A DNA stretch of 64,000 nucleotides from Macrostomum hystrix. Lineage: Eukaryota > Animalia > Platyhelminthes. The notes under the pieces were generated by a model. The model was given only the letters and a program-made list of their open reading frames with translations, had not been told where the DNA came from and searched no databases. The stretch is from assembly GCA_950097015.1 (NCBI GenBank), contig CATNEN010000006.1, positions 124,001-188,000 of the forward strand, written 5' to 3'. Positions within the stretch are counted from its first letter, which is position 1. Each line of letters starts with the position of its first letter. Below, piece by piece: positions 60,142 to 64,000 of this stretch. The position numbers were made by a program, and so were the translations under genes.

Positions 60142-62692
60142 TCATGCAACAACCAGCGCTGGGGCGTCCTCGACATCGGCTGCGCCAGCCCTGATGTAAT
60201 CCTTGAAGGCCTCCTCCCTGGCCTCGGCTCTGGGGTTATGACCAACGCGGAGCTCATTCTCCTCAACTAGGTAGGCGCGCTCCAGAGACCTAGTCATTAT
60301 GTACACAGCTACCAAGGCTACCAGTACAGCGACCGCTGCTGCGATGGCGACACCAGCGATTGTCCCCATGGCTAAGCCAGTTTCCTTCGAGGGCAGTGGC
60401 ACAACCAGGAAGTTCAGTCCCACCCTGAGGAAGTCGAGACCGCTGGCCAAATCAAACTCAGTCGAGTAGAAGCAAAACGGGTCAGACCGGCAGTCCATAG
60501 TGCCAGCAGCAATGCTTGGAATACCGTAAGCTGACTTATTGTGCTGGAGATTACTCATCACTTTGCTGTTCGGGTAACTCAGCTTGAACACGGCTGTCAG
60601 ATTCTTCCGTTTCTGCAGCTCGTCTAGCACACTCTGGCTCGATATTGGCCGTATTAGATAAGATAAAGTTGCGCTCTTTGTATCGAAATGGAACATGGAC
60701 GCATAATCAACAAACAGAGGCTTGACGTCGGTAAGAAGTAGGTCATCCAGCATAAAGTAGGCAGAAATCTCGACGCCCAAATCCCTCAAGTAGGCGGCAG
60801 TGTCTTTGGATAGAGAGAATTTAAAGTTGGCGCCATTAATTACGCCACAGTTCTGAACGGAGCAGTTATTGTTCGGATTGATGACGAAGCTCTCTCGTGT
60901 TAAACGCTTTAAAAATATGACGTCGGTGCCAGTTTGAGTTCGATATTCCGACATGCCTACTAGCGCAGATTCGACCGAATCAACAGACGCATTGCACACA
61001 AACCGGTGGCTGAAGTTTGTGTGCAGTGATGGATTCACTGGCGGCACGCGGACCACATTCACTGATAAAGTTTTTTGGGGCCCAGCAGTTGTTGTTGTAA
61101 TACTCATCCACTTGTCGGTAGCTAATAACTTCTGACGAAATTCTTCGCTGGTAAGACCAGCCCAGTTAGTCCGACTACCACTCGGCAAGTGCATGTAGAA
61201 CATGGGAGACACTGTCACAGAGCTCAGTCCCCGAATCTAGCCGTGCAGTTATAGATCAATGACTCGCCCTCCATCGCGAACACTTTTTCAGGCAGCAGAC
61301 CGGAAGCCGCAGAGCCTGAGCTGCTTCCGCTCATGGAAGACGCATTCGTGGTAAATTGCGGCATTGAAATTACTGTCACATTAAACTGGAACGACTTTGA
61401 ACCAGCTTCACACCTGTAGGGGCCCGAGTGCTCATCTGATACGGAGTGGTAAACTCTATAATATTGCCAGTTTTGTACACCCGAATACCTTTGATCAGAG
61501 TCCATTCTTCGGAAGCGAGCAATAAGTTGTCCGCCTCGAAAGAATCGGTACGCCTGGCTCTTGTCGTCGCAGAGAATGGGACAGACAAGCGCAGTGGTGT
61601 CCATGCCTGATATGATAGTCACATTGCCATTGGCATTTCTTGCCACTTCACAGCGTCTCAAATGCATAGAGTATGCAGGGTATTTAACATGGTCAACCGG
61701 AAAACGTTCATCAACAGCCTGAATACTATCATAGGGCTCGGACTTTCCGGAGAGTGACATGAGGGTGCAGATGCCTATTGTGCTTTGCGGTTTCGCTTTA
61801 TTGTAGAGCAAAGCAATTTCGTGCTTCAGTCCGGAGGCAGAAAATTCAAAATAGCCACTTTCTATGTCTAGATGCATCAGCTTCTGCAGATTCTGAAGGC
61901 GGAAGTCAAACTTCGAATAGTAGCTTACAAACAGAATGGCCTCGCCAGGCGGGCTGTACAGACAGGAGCCGGCATTGAAATACAATTTGGCGCCCATTGT
62001 GATTTTGCTTTTGAAAAAACCGAGGTGACGATTTAACAATCTGCGAAAACCGTAGGCTCAATAAAGAGAACCGATGGAAACGGACCGTCTTGTGAATAGT
62101 TCAGCTTCGTCATTAGTTCAATAGCAGCCGGGGTGAGAAATTTTCTTTGCAAGGCGCCTATCGAACCAGCATTGAATAAACTCAAGGGATCTAGGTTGTA
62201 CAGAAAAAGAGGATTTGACTGAATCGAGCCGCCAGCCCATTCAACGCGCACCCTCAGCTTCACATTCCTATTGGCCACTTCGTCGTATGGAATAGACGAA
62301 ACGCCCATTTTTAGCTCGAATTTGCCCTCGACTGTGACACTCGACTGTACGGTAAACGGAATAGAACCTGGGCACCGAACCACGGACGAACCAGTGAGCT
62401 GTGTGCTCAAATCAACCTCTTCAGACCGTCCGTCAAGCGGGCACTCGTACATTAGAATCGTTTTCAGAGGGCTACCGACGACACCGCTTACTGACACATT
62501 GATATAGATGATCTTGTCCTTGGTCAGTATAGAAAGCACGCTGGACGATCCGGCTTCCCAGGTGTCGCTCCAGAACAGAAGCACCTTGTGGTTAGGAGAG
62601 AAGTCGAAGCGAGGCATCCGCTGGGCCGCGACGCCGATGATGCAGCCGCTGCCAAGGCCGATTAGCAGAGCCAATAGCACAGAGGACCTCAT
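60142..62692 (-). pseudogene. Second paralog of the Ig-domain L1-tailed receptor, split by four small deletions (pseudogene or assembly errors); about 851 aa if restored
   Basis: Three track ORFs (62033-62692, 61224-62039, 60142-61218) plus a side frame (61376-61588) align colinearly with the 50786-53584 protein. Frame breaks at about 62040, 61523, 61449 and 61230. Confidence 0.85.
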
Positions 62693-64000
62693 AGCCTTAG
62701 TTCAAGATTGGGTGAGGTTTTTTATTGCAAATGACTCCTGTGCACTTTACAGGTTCATTGTTATAAACACCTCGAATGGTTAGCAAAAAATATAAAAGAA
62801 TATAAAATGAATTCCTTGCTGCTAGTGTGACTCCATCGCTATACATTCTATAGCAAATAGTTGTGCCACAACACAAAAGTATAAGTGAACAGAACTAAAT
62901 AGTGAACAAAAAATATGAAAATTTTTACTCACAGGAAGACTAGTGTAGAATTTTTTGAAGAAATAAGGATAGAATGTCTGACTTATATTTTGACTTCGTC
63001 TTTTAACTTAAGATATTTTTTATTTGCTCGTATTCAGCGCTCGACTTTTGAAGTCAGTTATAAAAAGTGGTCTTTCTGGGTCGTGTCTTTCAGTTTTTTT
63101 TCCAAGCAATTAGCATTATTCCTTAAACTTGTTGTTTTACAAATACAAAATAGAAATAAAAATGCAACAGATTTTTTCATGGTACTGCATTCTTAATACC
63201 TTTTGTTCTAATTTCATCGAGTAAAACTAAAACCGGAAAATTCGTAATACGTTCGCTAGAGACAAGCAATGTTTGTAATTTTCATGGCTTTTGTAATGCA
63301 TGCTAAGTTGGCCGGTCCAACGACCTTATAGCCAAAACAATAGTGGCCCTTGATATCAACATCGCTTTGAACATTAACACATTGAAGGCTCAGCAGCCCC
63401 GATTAGATATTGCGTCACAGATGGCCGGAAACCAGTACTGCAGGTGCGAATAGAAATGTGGTGTATTTACCTCCTAATTTTTTCAGAGTCAATACAAGGA
63501 ACACTAGGAGTAGAAGTACGGGAAACACCTAGCTCACCTAGGCAGCATGTGGAGGAGCACCCGGTTATGTGAGAAATGTCTATGGAAGAATCTGTGTGAT
63601 CAGAAATGGCCATGCACATCTCCCTGAGTCAGCTCTGTTGAGAGAAATCAGGTAATCAAAAAACTTTTCGGTTAATTATAGGCATAGCGGAATGGGCTCA
63701 TGCTCTCGGTTGAGCCATTTCTCTATAGCTAAGGTGATCTCCCGCTGGCAGCTCTCAGGGTTGACACCATCCTTGGGTAGTTTGATCCACGAAATCATTG
63801 CCGAGGATCTTGTTGTGACCTGATCTGTTAAGTGCCACTAGGGTTTGCACGATTTTGAATCATTCTGACACCATTTTAGATGAGATTTTAGCGGCAGTCA
63901 GGGCCTAATGACGGCTTGGCTTTCGGAGTAATCATATTGGCCTAGTCATTGTATAACCTACGAGTACTAGCATTAAGACCAACTTAGCAGGAGTGAAGCT

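Noticed and set aside
63300-64000. Possible decayed transposon coding remnant at the window end
   Set aside because: Multiple stops, no diagnostic motif and no visible termini.

Overview
Eukaryotic animal genomic DNA. GC-rich exons and minisatellite-filled introns suggest a flatworm such as Macrostomum, which is an inference only. In order, the window holds: (1) the first two exons of a cathepsin B gene (minus strand); (2) a 15,685-bp, apparently complete Polinton/Maverick (adintovirus-type endogenous virus) at 5738-21422, with AGTAGT...ACTACT termini, 692-bp TIRs and a 6-bp CCTAAT target-site duplication, inserted in a 21-bp minisatellite; (3) a 15-exon IA-2/PTPRN receptor pseudophosphatase gene (48264-31794, minus), whose last six exons lie in a near-identical 7.2-kb tandem duplication and most of whose larger introns carry their own minisatellite; (4) a 5'-truncated RTE-like LINE; (5) two divergent Ig-domain type I membrane receptor genes with L1CAM/neuroglian-like tails, one with an ankyrin-binding-type SFIGNY exon hidden from the ORF track and one broken by four small deletions; (6) a two-domain Kazal inhibitor gene, a hammerhead-like RNA motif and a decayed Tc1/IS630-type transposon. 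The Polinton encodes pPolB, integrase, packaging ATPase, adenain protease, major and minor capsid proteins, a parvovirus-type PLA2, an adenovirus pX-like protein and several unexplained ORFs. The strongest leads are the intact virus-like element (cryptic internal terminus, extra gene, palindrome array, candidate entry and egress proteins) and the L1-tailed receptor pair with an unfamiliar ectodomain. Everything here was read by eye; no database searches were run.
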